IMG/VR virus record: IMGVR_UViG_3300035042_000139
Direction: 5' to 3' (one strand)
DNA from: a virus
Taxonomy: Duplodnaviria; Heunggongvirae; Uroviricota; Caudoviricetes
Length of the DNA stretch: 52,705 nt
Shown here: piece by piece, positions 9,476 to 16,791 of the stretch
Numbering within the stretch: position 1 is the stretch's first letter
Layout: each line of letters starts with the position of its first letter
Notes under the pieces: model-generated
The model's input: only the letters and a program-made list of their open reading frames with translations
Databases searched by the model: none
Told to the model about the DNA's origin: nothing
Translations under genes and position numbers: made by a program

Positions 9476-9560
9476 GGAAGAGTGTCCGAGTGGTTTAAGG
9501 AGACAGTTTGCTAAACTGTTACCGACAGGTTCAGGGGTTCAAATCCCCTCTCTTCCTCCA
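9476..9560 (+). tRNA. tRNA-Ser(GCT)
   Basis: GGAAGAG/CTCTTCC acceptor, ACAGT-TTGCTAA-ACTGT anticodon arm, short variable arm ACC-GACA-GGT, AGGGG-TTCAAAT-CCCCT, encoded CCA; discriminator T is atypical. Confidence 0.9.
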
Positions 9561-9566
9561 TTTTTT

Positions 9567-9681
9567 CGGGAGATAGCTCAGCAGGCTAGAGCAGCTAAAA
9601 TATGTCTTGTATAAGGTATTAACAGCAATCACATCCCATTAAAGGAGCGTGTCGCAGGTTCGAATCCTGCTCTCCCGGTCA
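9567..9681 (+). ncRNA. CAGCAA-motif tRNA-like RNA 1 (Pro-like body)
   Basis: CGGGAGA/TCTCCCG acceptor, intact D and T arms; insert ATGTCTT-GTAT-AAGGTAT-T-AACAGCAA; residual TCC-CATTAAA-GGA. Confidence 0.85.
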
Positions 9682-9687
9682 TTTTTA

Positions 9688-9904
9688 GTCGCAGTGATAG
9701 TTTTTGGCAATTTAAACTATCTTCAAATAAATGCGACAGAATTAAGATTCCTCTACAAAATTGCCAGAGGGCTTAATTCAAAATTAATCTGTCAGCAACA
9801 TGTAAACAGCCTGGCTACAATATTAAAAACAAACTGCCAGGCTTAGGAAATACATGGAAACAACTGCCGAGCTCTGTGGGCTAGCTGTTGCGACGGGTTA
9901 ATTT
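9688..9904 (+). ncRNA. structured ncRNA(s): kissing-hairpin pair plus multi-stem domain
   Basis: GTCGCA/TGCGAC, GATAGTTT/AAACTATC, GAATTAAG/CTTAATTC, CCTCT/AGAGG; loops GGCAATTT and AAATTGCC are complementary; AAATTAATCTGTC/GACGGGTTAATTT encloses AGCCTGGC/GCCAGGCT. Confidence 0.75.
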
Positions 9905-9906
9905 AC

Positions 9907-10025
9907 GGTGAGGTAGCCAAGATGGAAAGGCTCCGGCGCAAAAAGAAAGTGTGACTAGTTTAGTCACCAACAGCAATTCTTCTATGTCAAGCCGGGATTC
10001 GCGGGTTCAACTCCCGTCCTCACCA
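9907..10025 (+). ncRNA. CAGCAA-motif tRNA-like RNA 2 (Asp-like)
   Basis: GGTGAGG/CCTCACC acceptor; anticodon stem CCGGC/GCCGG enclosing GTGACTA-GTT-TAGTCAC-C-AACAGCAA and residual AT-GTC-AA; T arm GCGGG-TTCAACT-CCCGT. Confidence 0.85.
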
Positions 10026-10037
10026 ATTACAATTTTT

Positions 10038-10155
10038 CGAAGGGTAGCTCAACTGGTAGAGCAGCTAAAATATATGCTTAGTTTTAAGCGTTAACAGCAA
10101 TCAATTTTCCTTGAGGAGGAGCTTGCTGCAGGTTCAAATCCTGCCCCTTCGACCA
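10038..10155 (+). ncRNA. CAGCAA-motif tRNA-like RNA 3 (Pro-like body, GAG loop)
   Basis: CGAAGGG/CCCTTCG-A-CCA; insert ATGCTTA-GTTT-TAAGCGT-T-AACAGCAA; residual TCC-TTGAGGA-GGA. Confidence 0.85.
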
Positions 10156-10163
10156 TTTTTTAA

Positions 10164-10286
10164 GGAGAGATTCTCCTAATGGCAAAGGTACCGGCCAAAA
10201 TATGTTTAGATTAAACATCAACAGCAAAAAAAGTGAAAAGCCGGCGGTCGATGACCATGGTGGTTCGAATCCACCACTCTCCACCA
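10164..10286 (+). ncRNA. CAGCAA-motif tRNA-like RNA 4 (Ser-like body)
   Basis: GGAGAG/CTCTCC-A-CCA; CCGGC/GCCGG enclosing ATGTTTA-GAT-TAAACAT-C-AACAGCAA...GTGAAAA; variable arm GGTC-GAT-GACC; T arm GGTGG-TTCGAAT-CCACC. Confidence 0.85.
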
Positions 10287-10323
10287 ACTTTAGGAATTAA
10301 AGATTAATTTTTTGTAATTTTTA

Positions 10324-10402
10324 AAGACGGCACACAGCAACCAAACTATTATATAATAAAAGACGAATAAGGCTGACACTTTTTTATCCCTGAGCCGTCT
10401 TG
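10324..10402 (+). ncRNA. stand-alone CAGCAA stem-loop unit A
   Basis: AAGACGGC-ACA-CAGCAA...GCCGTCTT-G; weak internal AAGG-CTGACAC-TTTT hairpin. Confidence 0.8.
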
Positions 10403-10433
10403 TTATTTAGACTTAGAACTTAGATAGATTACA

Positions 10434-10568
10434 TACTGTCGGACTGACAGGAATTTACGCTTTTGGAGAGAGCATAAGACCTAACTTAATCTGATTAAAT
10501 AATTAGCTTTAAGTAGGCAATTCTCGTTGAAAAAAGAATCCCCGCAGGCTTGCCTCGGGGTAGGTCAA
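10434..10568 (+). mobile_element. orphan IS200/IS605-family right end / TnpB omegaRNA scaffold
   Basis: CTGTC-GGACT-GACAG hairpin, GGAATTTACGCTTTTGGAGA, GAAT directly before subterminal hairpin CCCCGCAGG-CTTG-CCTCGGGG, terminal TCAA; no tnpA/tnpB adjacent. Confidence 0.75.
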
Positions 10569-10684
10569 TAAAGGGCGATATCTTGGTGTCAGTTTATCTT
10601 TATGATTTTGTTCATTATAATATATTCTTTCGAACTTGCCGGTGCTTTTAAACCCGGTTAATTTTGTATAAAGAGGTGTAAAAT

Positions 10685-11506
10685 TTGTTTATAGCAGAGA
10701 TTGGTATTAATCATAATGGAAATTTAGAATATGCATATGATTTAATAGATATGGCTTATAAAGCTGGAGCAGATGTTGTTAAATTCCAGAAAAGAAATCC
10801 AAATAAATGTGTACCTGAAAACCAGTGGTATAAAAAGAAAGAAACACCGTGGGGCAAGATGGATTATATTGACTATAAGCACAAGATGGAGTTTGGTTAT
10901 AGTGAATATACAGCAATTAATGCTTACTGTAAAAAACTTGGGATAAAATGGACTGCAAGTGTTTGGGATGTCCAATCACTTAATTTTATAACTGAATTTG
11001 ATGTGCCTTTTATAAAGATTGCAAGTGCCTCAATCACGAATATGTTACTCCTGGAAGAAATCTGGGAAAAAGACATTCCTGTAGTTATGTCAACTGGAAT
11101 GAGTACAGAAGATGAAGTAGATAGGGCAGTATATACACTAGAAGAATTGGGAAAGAACTTAACAATTTTGCACTGCAACAGTAGTTATCCTGCAGCAGAA
11201 GATGAACTGGATTTAAATGTAATAAAAACTTTAAAAAATAAATATACAAAACATAAAATAGGCTACAGTGGACATGAAAGAGGAATTCAACCGACAATAG
11301 CAGCTAAAGTTTTAGGAGCTGAGATAATTGAAAGACATATCACTCTAGATAAGGATATGTGGGGCAGCGACCACAGTGCAAGTCTAGAATACAAAGAGCT
11401 AAAAGAGCTTATCGACAATCTTAACAGAGTTGATAACTGGCTCGGGAGTGATAATATTAAAGTTTATGAATCTGAAGAAAAAGTAAAAGAAAAACTTAGA
11501 AAATAA
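10685..11506 (+). CDS. N-acetylneuraminate synthase family protein (NeuB/SpsE), TIM barrel only
   Basis: IAEIGINHNG, ADVVKFQKR, IKIASA, MSTGMST, LHCNSSYP, GYSGHE, IERHITLD..MWGSDHSASLE; lacks the C-terminal SAF/AFP domain. Confidence 0.93.
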   Translation: MFIAEIGINHNGNLEYAYDLIDMAYKAGADVVKFQKRNPNKCVPENQWYKKKETPWGKMDYIDYKHKMEFGYSEYTAINAYCKKLGIKWTASVWDVQSLNFITEFDVPFIKIASASITNMLLLEEIWEKDIPVVMSTGMSTEDEVDRAVYTLEELGKNLTILHCNSSYPAAEDELDLNVIKTLKNKYTKHKIGYSGHERGIQPTIAAKVLGAEIIERHITLDKDMWGSDHSASLEYKELKELIDNLNRVDNWLGSDNIKVYESEEKVKEKLRK

Positions 11507-11514
11507 AAATCTTA

Positions 11515-11579
11515 AAGGCGCCAACAGCAAACTTACTAAATCAAACTTCCAATTTGAATCCAATAGTAATGGTGCCTTG
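11515..11579 (+). ncRNA. stand-alone CAGCAA stem-loop unit B carrying a Gly(TCC)-type anticodon stem-loop
   Basis: AAGGCGCC-AA-CAGCAA...GGTGCCTT-G; internal TTACTA/TAGTAA enclosing TCAAA-CTTCCAA-TTTGA. Confidence 0.85.
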
Positions 11580-11586
11580 TATATAT

Positions 11587-11716
11587 GGCAGTATAGCTCA
11601 ACTGGTAGAGAGCTCAAAAGTTAACGGGCATAGGCCGGCGGGCCCTTACAGCAAACTACAACTAACAATTCTATGTCAAAGAAAAGACGCAGGTTCAAAT
11701 CCTGCTGCTGCCACCA
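11587..11716 (+). ncRNA. CAGCAA-motif tRNA-like RNA 5 (GTC loop)
   Basis: GGCAGTA/TGCTGCC-A-CCA, D region TAGCTCAACTGGTAGAG, insert GGGC..GCCC-TTA-CAGCAA, TTCT-ATGTCAA-AGAA, T arm GCAGG-TTCAAAT-CCTGC. Confidence 0.85.
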
Positions 11717-11758
11717 TTAGCCGGCTTTAATTTACTAACCAACACTCCTTTCAAATTA

Positions 11759-11827
11759 AAGACAGATGCAGCAACCAATTCTTATATCAAGGTATGATAA
11801 AACCCGCGAAATGCGGATACTGTCTTG
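11759..11827 (+). ncRNA. stand-alone CAGCAA stem-loop unit C
   Basis: AAGACAG-ATG-CAGCAA...CTGTCTT-G; internal TATCA/TGATA and CCGC/GCGG hairpins. Confidence 0.8.
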
Positions 11828-11850
11828 TAGTAAAGTCTTAGGAAAATTTT

Positions 11851-11906
11851 TAGGCACAATCAGCAATCAAATCAAGGACTGTAAATCCAACAAAATATGT
11901 GCCTAG
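11851..11906 (+). ncRNA. stand-alone CAGCAA stem-loop unit D carrying a Tyr(GTA)-type anticodon stem-loop
   Basis: TAGGCACA-AT-CAGCAA...TGTGCCTA-G; internal GGA-CTGTAAA-TCC. Confidence 0.85.
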
Positions 11907-11933
11907 TATAAAAATAAAAGGGGGATTATTAAT

Positions 11934-13439
11934 ATGTCAAATAAATTTTTAGACGCAATGGAAGATAAAGTTAATTACACAGCAACAGAAAATGGTGCAA
12001 CAGCAAAATATACAACTAAGGATAACCTACTCGATTTCTTTGCTCAGGTAGGAGCCTTAAGAAACAGAAATAAAGAAGATATTATAAGGCTTTTTGACAA
12101 GGCCTTAACAGAAGATGACCTTCTAGCATTAAAAACTCTTTTTTATGCCAGAAATATCAGGGGTGGGCTAGGAGAAAGAAGAATATTTAGAGTTATTCTA
12201 AAATATCTGACACAGGTAAAACCTGAAATAATTCTAAAAAACTTAGAACACATACCTCATTATGGTAGATGGGACGATTTATATGCCTTATTTGATACAA
12301 GACTTGAAGGCTATGCAGCAAACTTTATGAAAGCCCAGTTCTTTAAGGATATCAATTCTGAAAAACCAAGCCTATTAGCAAAATGGCTTAAATCAGAAAA
12401 TGCAAGCTCTGACGAAACAAAAAGACTTGCCAAAAAAACCAGAAAACATTTTGAGATGACAGCAAGAGGATATAGAAAAACACTTTCTAAGCTAAGAAAG
12501 AAAATAGGTGTTGTCGAAAGAAAAATGTCGAATAATGACTGGGAAGATATTGACTACTCATCTGTTCCTTCAAGAGCGCAGATGATTTACAATAATGCTT
12601 TTGAAAGACATGACCCTGAAGGCTACCATCAATACATTGAAAATGTTAAATCGGGAGAGGATAAAATTAATGCTTCAACATTATATCCTTATGATTTAGT
12701 AAGAAAAGTTATCGGTGATGGTTGGGGCCATTCAGTTTCTGAAAGTGAGAGAAACGTTTTAAATGAGCAGTGGAAAGCATTACCTGATTATATCAATGAT
12801 AAAAATGAAAACTCTATTTGTGTTGTAGATACTTCAGGTTCTATGATGAGCTCAGATGGATTACCGCTTCATATTGCACTTTCATTAGGGCTTTATATGG
12901 CAGAAAGAAACTCGGGGCCATTTAAAGATAGGTTTATTACCTTCTCTGCCAGTCCTGATTTAGTAAAAGTAGAAGGCAGTGATTTTGTACAGAAAATTAA
13001 AAACATGAAAAGAGCTCATTGGGATATGAACACCGATATCGAAGCTGTATTTAATCTTATTTTAGATACTGCAATCGAAAACCATCTCGACCAGGACGAG
13101 ATACCTCAGAAATTATATATTATTTCTGATATGGAATTTGACCAGTGTACAGGTAGGGGTTATGGATTTAATTCACAAAATAAAGTAACTAAAACACTTT
13201 TTGAAAAGTTAAAAGAATCATTCAAACATTATGGCTACAAAATGCCGGATTTAGTCTTCTGGAATGTTGAAGCAAGAAATGAAGTTTTTCAGTTTGACAA
13301 AGACGAGAGAGGATTTCAGCTTGTAAGTGGAGCTTCTCCAGTTGTTTTTGAGCACACAATGAAAGGTGAGTTTGTTTCCGCCTACGACTTGATGCTCGAT
13401 GTAATCACAGACGAACAGTACGATAGAATTACAGTTTAA
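11934..13439 (+). CDS. DUF2828-family protein (TROVE/Ro60-like helical domain plus C-terminal vWA domain)
   Basis: TENGA, LDFF, ARNIRGGLGER, YGRWDDL, AKWL, VPSRA, LYPY; MIDAS VVDTSGSM, FITFS, ISDMEFD, VFWN, VSGAS. Confidence 0.85.
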   Translation: MSNKFLDAMEDKVNYTATENGATAKYTTKDNLLDFFAQVGALRNRNKEDIIRLFDKALTEDDLLALKTLFYARNIRGGLGERRIFRVILKYLTQVKPEIILKNLEHIPHYGRWDDLYALFDTRLEGYAANFMKAQFFKDINSEKPSLLAKWLKSENASSDETKRLAKKTRKHFEMTARGYRKTLSKLRKKIGVVERKMSNNDWEDIDYSSVPSRAQMIYNNAFERHDPEGYHQYIENVKSGEDKINASTLYPYDLVRKVIGDGWGHSVSESERNVLNEQWKALPDYINDKNENSICVVDTSGSMMSSDGLPLHIALSLGLYMAERNSGPFKDRFITFSASPDLVKVEGSDFVQKIKNMKRAHWDMNTDIEAVFNLILDTAIENHLDQDEIPQKLYIISDMEFDQCTGRGYGFNSQNKVTKTLFEKLKESFKHYGYKMPDLVFWNVEARNEVFQFDKDERGFQLVSGASPVVFEHTMKGEFVSAYDLMLDVITDEQYDRITV

Positions 13440-13451
13440 TAAAATATATTA

Positions 13452-13482
13452 AAGGCAGGCCTTAATTGGTCTGCCTTTTTTT
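13452..13482 (+). terminator. intrinsic terminator ending the RNA array/DUF2828 unit
   Basis: AAGGCAGGCC-TTAATT-GGTCTGCCTT followed by a T-run. Confidence 0.88.
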
Positions 13483-13658
13483 ATTGGGGTGAGAAAAAAT
13501 GGATAAAGAGTTTAAGTATGCAAAAGTATTGCCACAAGAACTAGATAAGACAATATTTAGCTTTTATGTAGAAAAAAATAAAAAAATATCAGAAAAAGAC
13601 TTGAATAATGAAGTGAAGTGTAGTAAACTAAACTTAAGATAGTAAAGAGGAGGTTTTT

Positions 13659-13955
13659 ATGGAATTAGGAGAAAAAATTAAATTTAAAGAATATCTAAAA
13701 AAGAAACCTTATGTAAACTCTTATTACAGCAAAATCGACAAGGACACCGGGTATTTGAAGTATGACACTATAGAACTTGAAGAATTTAAAGAAGGCATAT
13801 TTTGTGGCTATAGAACAATAGGTTATAGAGGCTACACCACACAAAATGATTATGGAATGGATTATAACCCTTTAGAAAATAAAAAAATTGCACTAATAGC
13901 ATGTGACACTCGTGGCTTTTATAGAGTAGATACAGAAAAAATAATAATGGAGTAA
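13659..13955 (+). CDS. hypothetical protein
   Basis: GGAGG RBS, 98 aa. Confidence 0.7.
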   Translation: MELGEKIKFKEYLKKKPYVNSYYSKIDKDTGYLKYDTIELEEFKEGIFCGYRTIGYRGYTTQNDYGMDYNPLENKKIALIACDTRGFYRVDTEKIIME

Positions 13956-13959
13956 TTTT

Positions 13960-14877
13960 ATGGATAAAGATAAGTTAGAGGAATTAAGAGAATACAATAA
14001 AATTTATATTTTAGGCAGTAGTAGCAATCAAGAAATTACAGATTATAAAGAGGATGAAATTGTAATTGAAGAAAAAATTGACGGCAGTAACTTCAGGTTC
14101 TGGAGAGAAGGAGATAGGATTGTATATAGTTCACGGAAAACTGAGGATGTCAGACCTCGTGATGGATGGGGCAAACAGATTGAATACCTAAATGAAAAGC
14201 TTGATGTAAATGCTCTTGGCAGAGATATTATTTATGTCGGAGAGGCAATGAAAAAACACATAGTAAATTATGATTTTGATAATTACCCATCATTTATAGG
14301 GTTTGACCTTCTGGATAAAGAAACTGGGATGCCACTTGATTATAAGGTTGCCAGAGATACTTTTGAAAGTTTGGGTTTAGAATTTGTAAATATCTTATTT
14401 GAGGGAACAATGGAAGAATATCTTGAGATGGACAAAGATAAACTTTTAGAAATTTCTAAGTACAATTCAAAAAAGCCTGAAGGTTATGTTATTAAAAACT
14501 ACAGCAGGTTAAGCCAGTACGATGAGCCTCTATTTGCCAAAGTTTTAAATGATGAGTATTTGGAAAGACAAAAAGCTAAAGCTAAAAAGCCAAAGCCTAA
14601 AGAAACAGACACTCCTTTAGCAGTTGAGCTTTATGTAAATGAGGCGAGAATTAAAAAGATGATAGCTAAAATGGTTGTTGATGAAGGACATAAACTTGAA
14701 AGAACGCTAATGCATAAGCTTATCCCGAGAGTTATCAAGGATTTTTTAAGAGAAAATATTCTTGAAATCTATGAGGATAATAGAATAAAAGATGTAAACT
14801 TTAATATTCTACACAAAGAAGTTCCAAAAAGATGTATTAAAGTTTTGGATAAGATGATTGAAAGTAATGCATTCTAA
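13960..14877 (+). CDS. ATP-dependent RNA ligase (Rnl2-like nucleotidyltransferase)
   Basis: Motif I EEKIDGSN, Ia YSSRK, III YVGE, IIIa FIGFD, IV PEGYVIK, V FAK. Confidence 0.85.
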   Translation: MDKDKLEELREYNKIYILGSSSNQEITDYKEDEIVIEEKIDGSNFRFWREGDRIVYSSRKTEDVRPRDGWGKQIEYLNEKLDVNALGRDIIYVGEAMKKHIVNYDFDNYPSFIGFDLLDKETGMPLDYKVARDTFESLGLEFVNILFEGTMEEYLEMDKDKLLEISKYNSKKPEGYVIKNYSRLSQYDEPLFAKVLNDEYLERQKAKAKKPKPKETDTPLAVELYVNEARIKKMIAKMVVDEGHKLERTLMHKLIPRVIKDFLRENILEIYEDNRIKDVNFNILHKEVPKRCIKVLDKMIESNAF

Positions 14878-14897
14878 AAATAAATAAGGAGGTTAAA

Positions 14898-16292
14898 ATG
14901 CCTGATTATTTCAAAGAATATACGTCTGATTACAAAGGAAATAGTGAGTGGTACTGTCAAAAAGAAAAATGTATATCCTGTAAATATAGCTACGGACCTT
15001 TGAGCTTTAAGCAAGATTCAGTAATTAACTTAAGATGTAAAAGACCTACAGTAGAATGTGAGCACGAATTTTTGGACAAAATAGTCCTAAAGAAAATAGT
15101 AGATAAAAAGCGCGTTAAAAGCGACAATCCTTTAATGGTCAAATATCAATACATTGTTGAGGAGGAATAAAAATCAGCTATAAAAAAATGTGGTCTTATT
15201 TCAAAGAAGACCTAAAAGATGTAATATCTTACAGTCATCGCTTTAAAAACAGCGACTATGATGCAAATGGAATTACAGAATCTGTTGCTAGAAGATTGCT
15301 TTTTCAAATGGATACCTATGAAGAACACATAGGTAAAAAAGCAGAAATTACAGACTATAGACTCAAAGGTTGGGACTGGGGTGAGCTCTGTGACAAATTT
15401 GGGCTTGAAGATTATGAAGTCCCAAAGGGTAATAGGGATAATTATATGCACCTTAAAGTTGAGGGCACTTTAGAATATAACAAAGTGATTCATTATCTTG
15501 AAGACAGATGGATGGAAGATAATGAGATAGTAGAGGTATTAAAAGACCATTTAAGGTCTATGATACCTGATGAAGGGCCTTATACTCACTATGATGCAGT
15601 CTGGAACGCTATGCTTGATATAAAAGACAATACGGTATTTATGCAGTTTGTATTTGCACTCTTAGGACACATGTGGACCTAAAACTATAACTGGAGGAAA
15701 TTAAAATGGGATTAATAAAATCAAAACAATTTGCCAAAAGAGCTGACTACTGGGAAAGAAACGGGCTTAATGTAATTTACTCAGAAAAGTTTTATATTCT
15801 TAAAGGAAACAGAAAGAAAAGAAGATTAACTCAAAATAAATTTAATAAAATTAAAGCAGACTTTATAGAAAACATTAAAAACATGAAGGAAGTAAAAGAA
15901 GAAAATACACAATCTCAATTTGATGATATATGCCAGCTTGAAACAAAGCTAGAAACCATAGTAGGACAATATATTGACTCATATGGAGACTTAATTGAGC
16001 AGGACATAGAACAAGACCCATCAACTATAAAACCTGTAAAACACGCCAAAAACAAACTTAAATAAGGAGAGTTCAAATGGATATTATCTATATGATTTTA
16101 GGAGTTTACTTTCTTGGAGTGATTGTAAATAGCTTTATAGTTTTAGTTTTAATCGCAAACCACAAAAGAACTCATATTGTTACATCTGTTAGTGAAAGTT
16201 TTGACCCTTTAAAGATGGTTAAGTTTGTATTTTTAAGCTGGTATTCATTTGATAAGGCAGTTATTAAAGTTTTAAATAGTCAAAATAATTAA
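14898..16292 (+). CDS. four hypothetical proteins (14898-15170, 15188-15682, 15706-16065, 16077-16292 with TM segment)
   Basis: Consecutive ORFs, mostly RBS-preceded. Confidence 0.7.
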
Positions 16293-16314
16293 AATAAATT
16301 AAAAGGAGTAAACT

Positions 16315-16791
16315 ATGAGTACTATTTTTTTAGATATAGATGGAGTTTTAAACTCAACTAAATCTATAGAAGAAAATTATCTTAAAGGAAATAAAGAAGA
16401 TGCAGATAAAATTTTTATACCTCAATCTGTATTCTTAATAAACATGCTTACAAGTGTAAAGAGTGCAGATGTAGTAATCTCAAGTACGTGGCGTTACAAC
16501 ATGGAAAAGGTTATAGAAGTTTTCAAAAAAAACAATCTAAAAACAAGAAATATAGTTGGTAGAACACCATTTTTGGAATCAACAAGGGGTGCAGAAATCA
16601 AAAAGTATTTAAAGTTAAATAAAAATATAGAAGACTTTATAATAATTGACGACGATAGAGATATGGAGCCATTTTTAGACAGGTTAATACATGTAAAAAG
16701 AAAAACAGGTTTTGATAACCATGACTACATTAAATCTTTAAAAATGTTAGGTGGTAAAAATGTATCACAAAAAATGTCCAAATTGCAATAA
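16315..16791 (+). CDS. HAD-superfamily phosphatase, Swiss-Army-Knife RNA-repair type
   Basis: FLDIDGVLN, VVISSTWR, RGAEI..YL, FIIIDDDRDM. Confidence 0.85.
   Translation: MSTIFLDIDGVLNSTKSIEENYLKGNKEDADKIFIPQSVFLINMLTSVKSADVVISSTWRYNMEKVIEVFKKNNLKTRNIVGRTPFLESTRGAEIKKYLKLNKNIEDFIIIDDDRDMEPFLDRLIHVKRKTGFDNHDYIKSLKMLGGKNVSQKMSKLQ

Noticed and set aside
9567-9681. Ochre suppressor tRNA (TTA anticodon)
   Set aside because: The loop has A at position 33, the arm is interrupted, the 3' end is GTCA, and TAA is the main stop codon in this window
9339-10287. ORFs 9339-9614, 9649-9846 and 10084-10287 (-)
   Set aside because: They overlap tRNA/ncRNA structures, lack an RBS and have non-protein-like composition
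9567-11716. Group I/II or archaeal BHB introns in the tRNA-like genes
   Set aside because: Inserts are only about 35-55 nt, have no ribozyme core and no clear bulge-helix-bulge; insertion points differ between units
9600-11906. CRISPR array
   Set aside because: Only a 6-8 nt motif recurs, spacing is irregular and there are no cas genes
10324-11933. T-box or other riboswitch leaders for neuB or DUF2828
   Set aside because: No T-box consensus or terminator/antiterminator; the same motif occurs inside tRNA bodies
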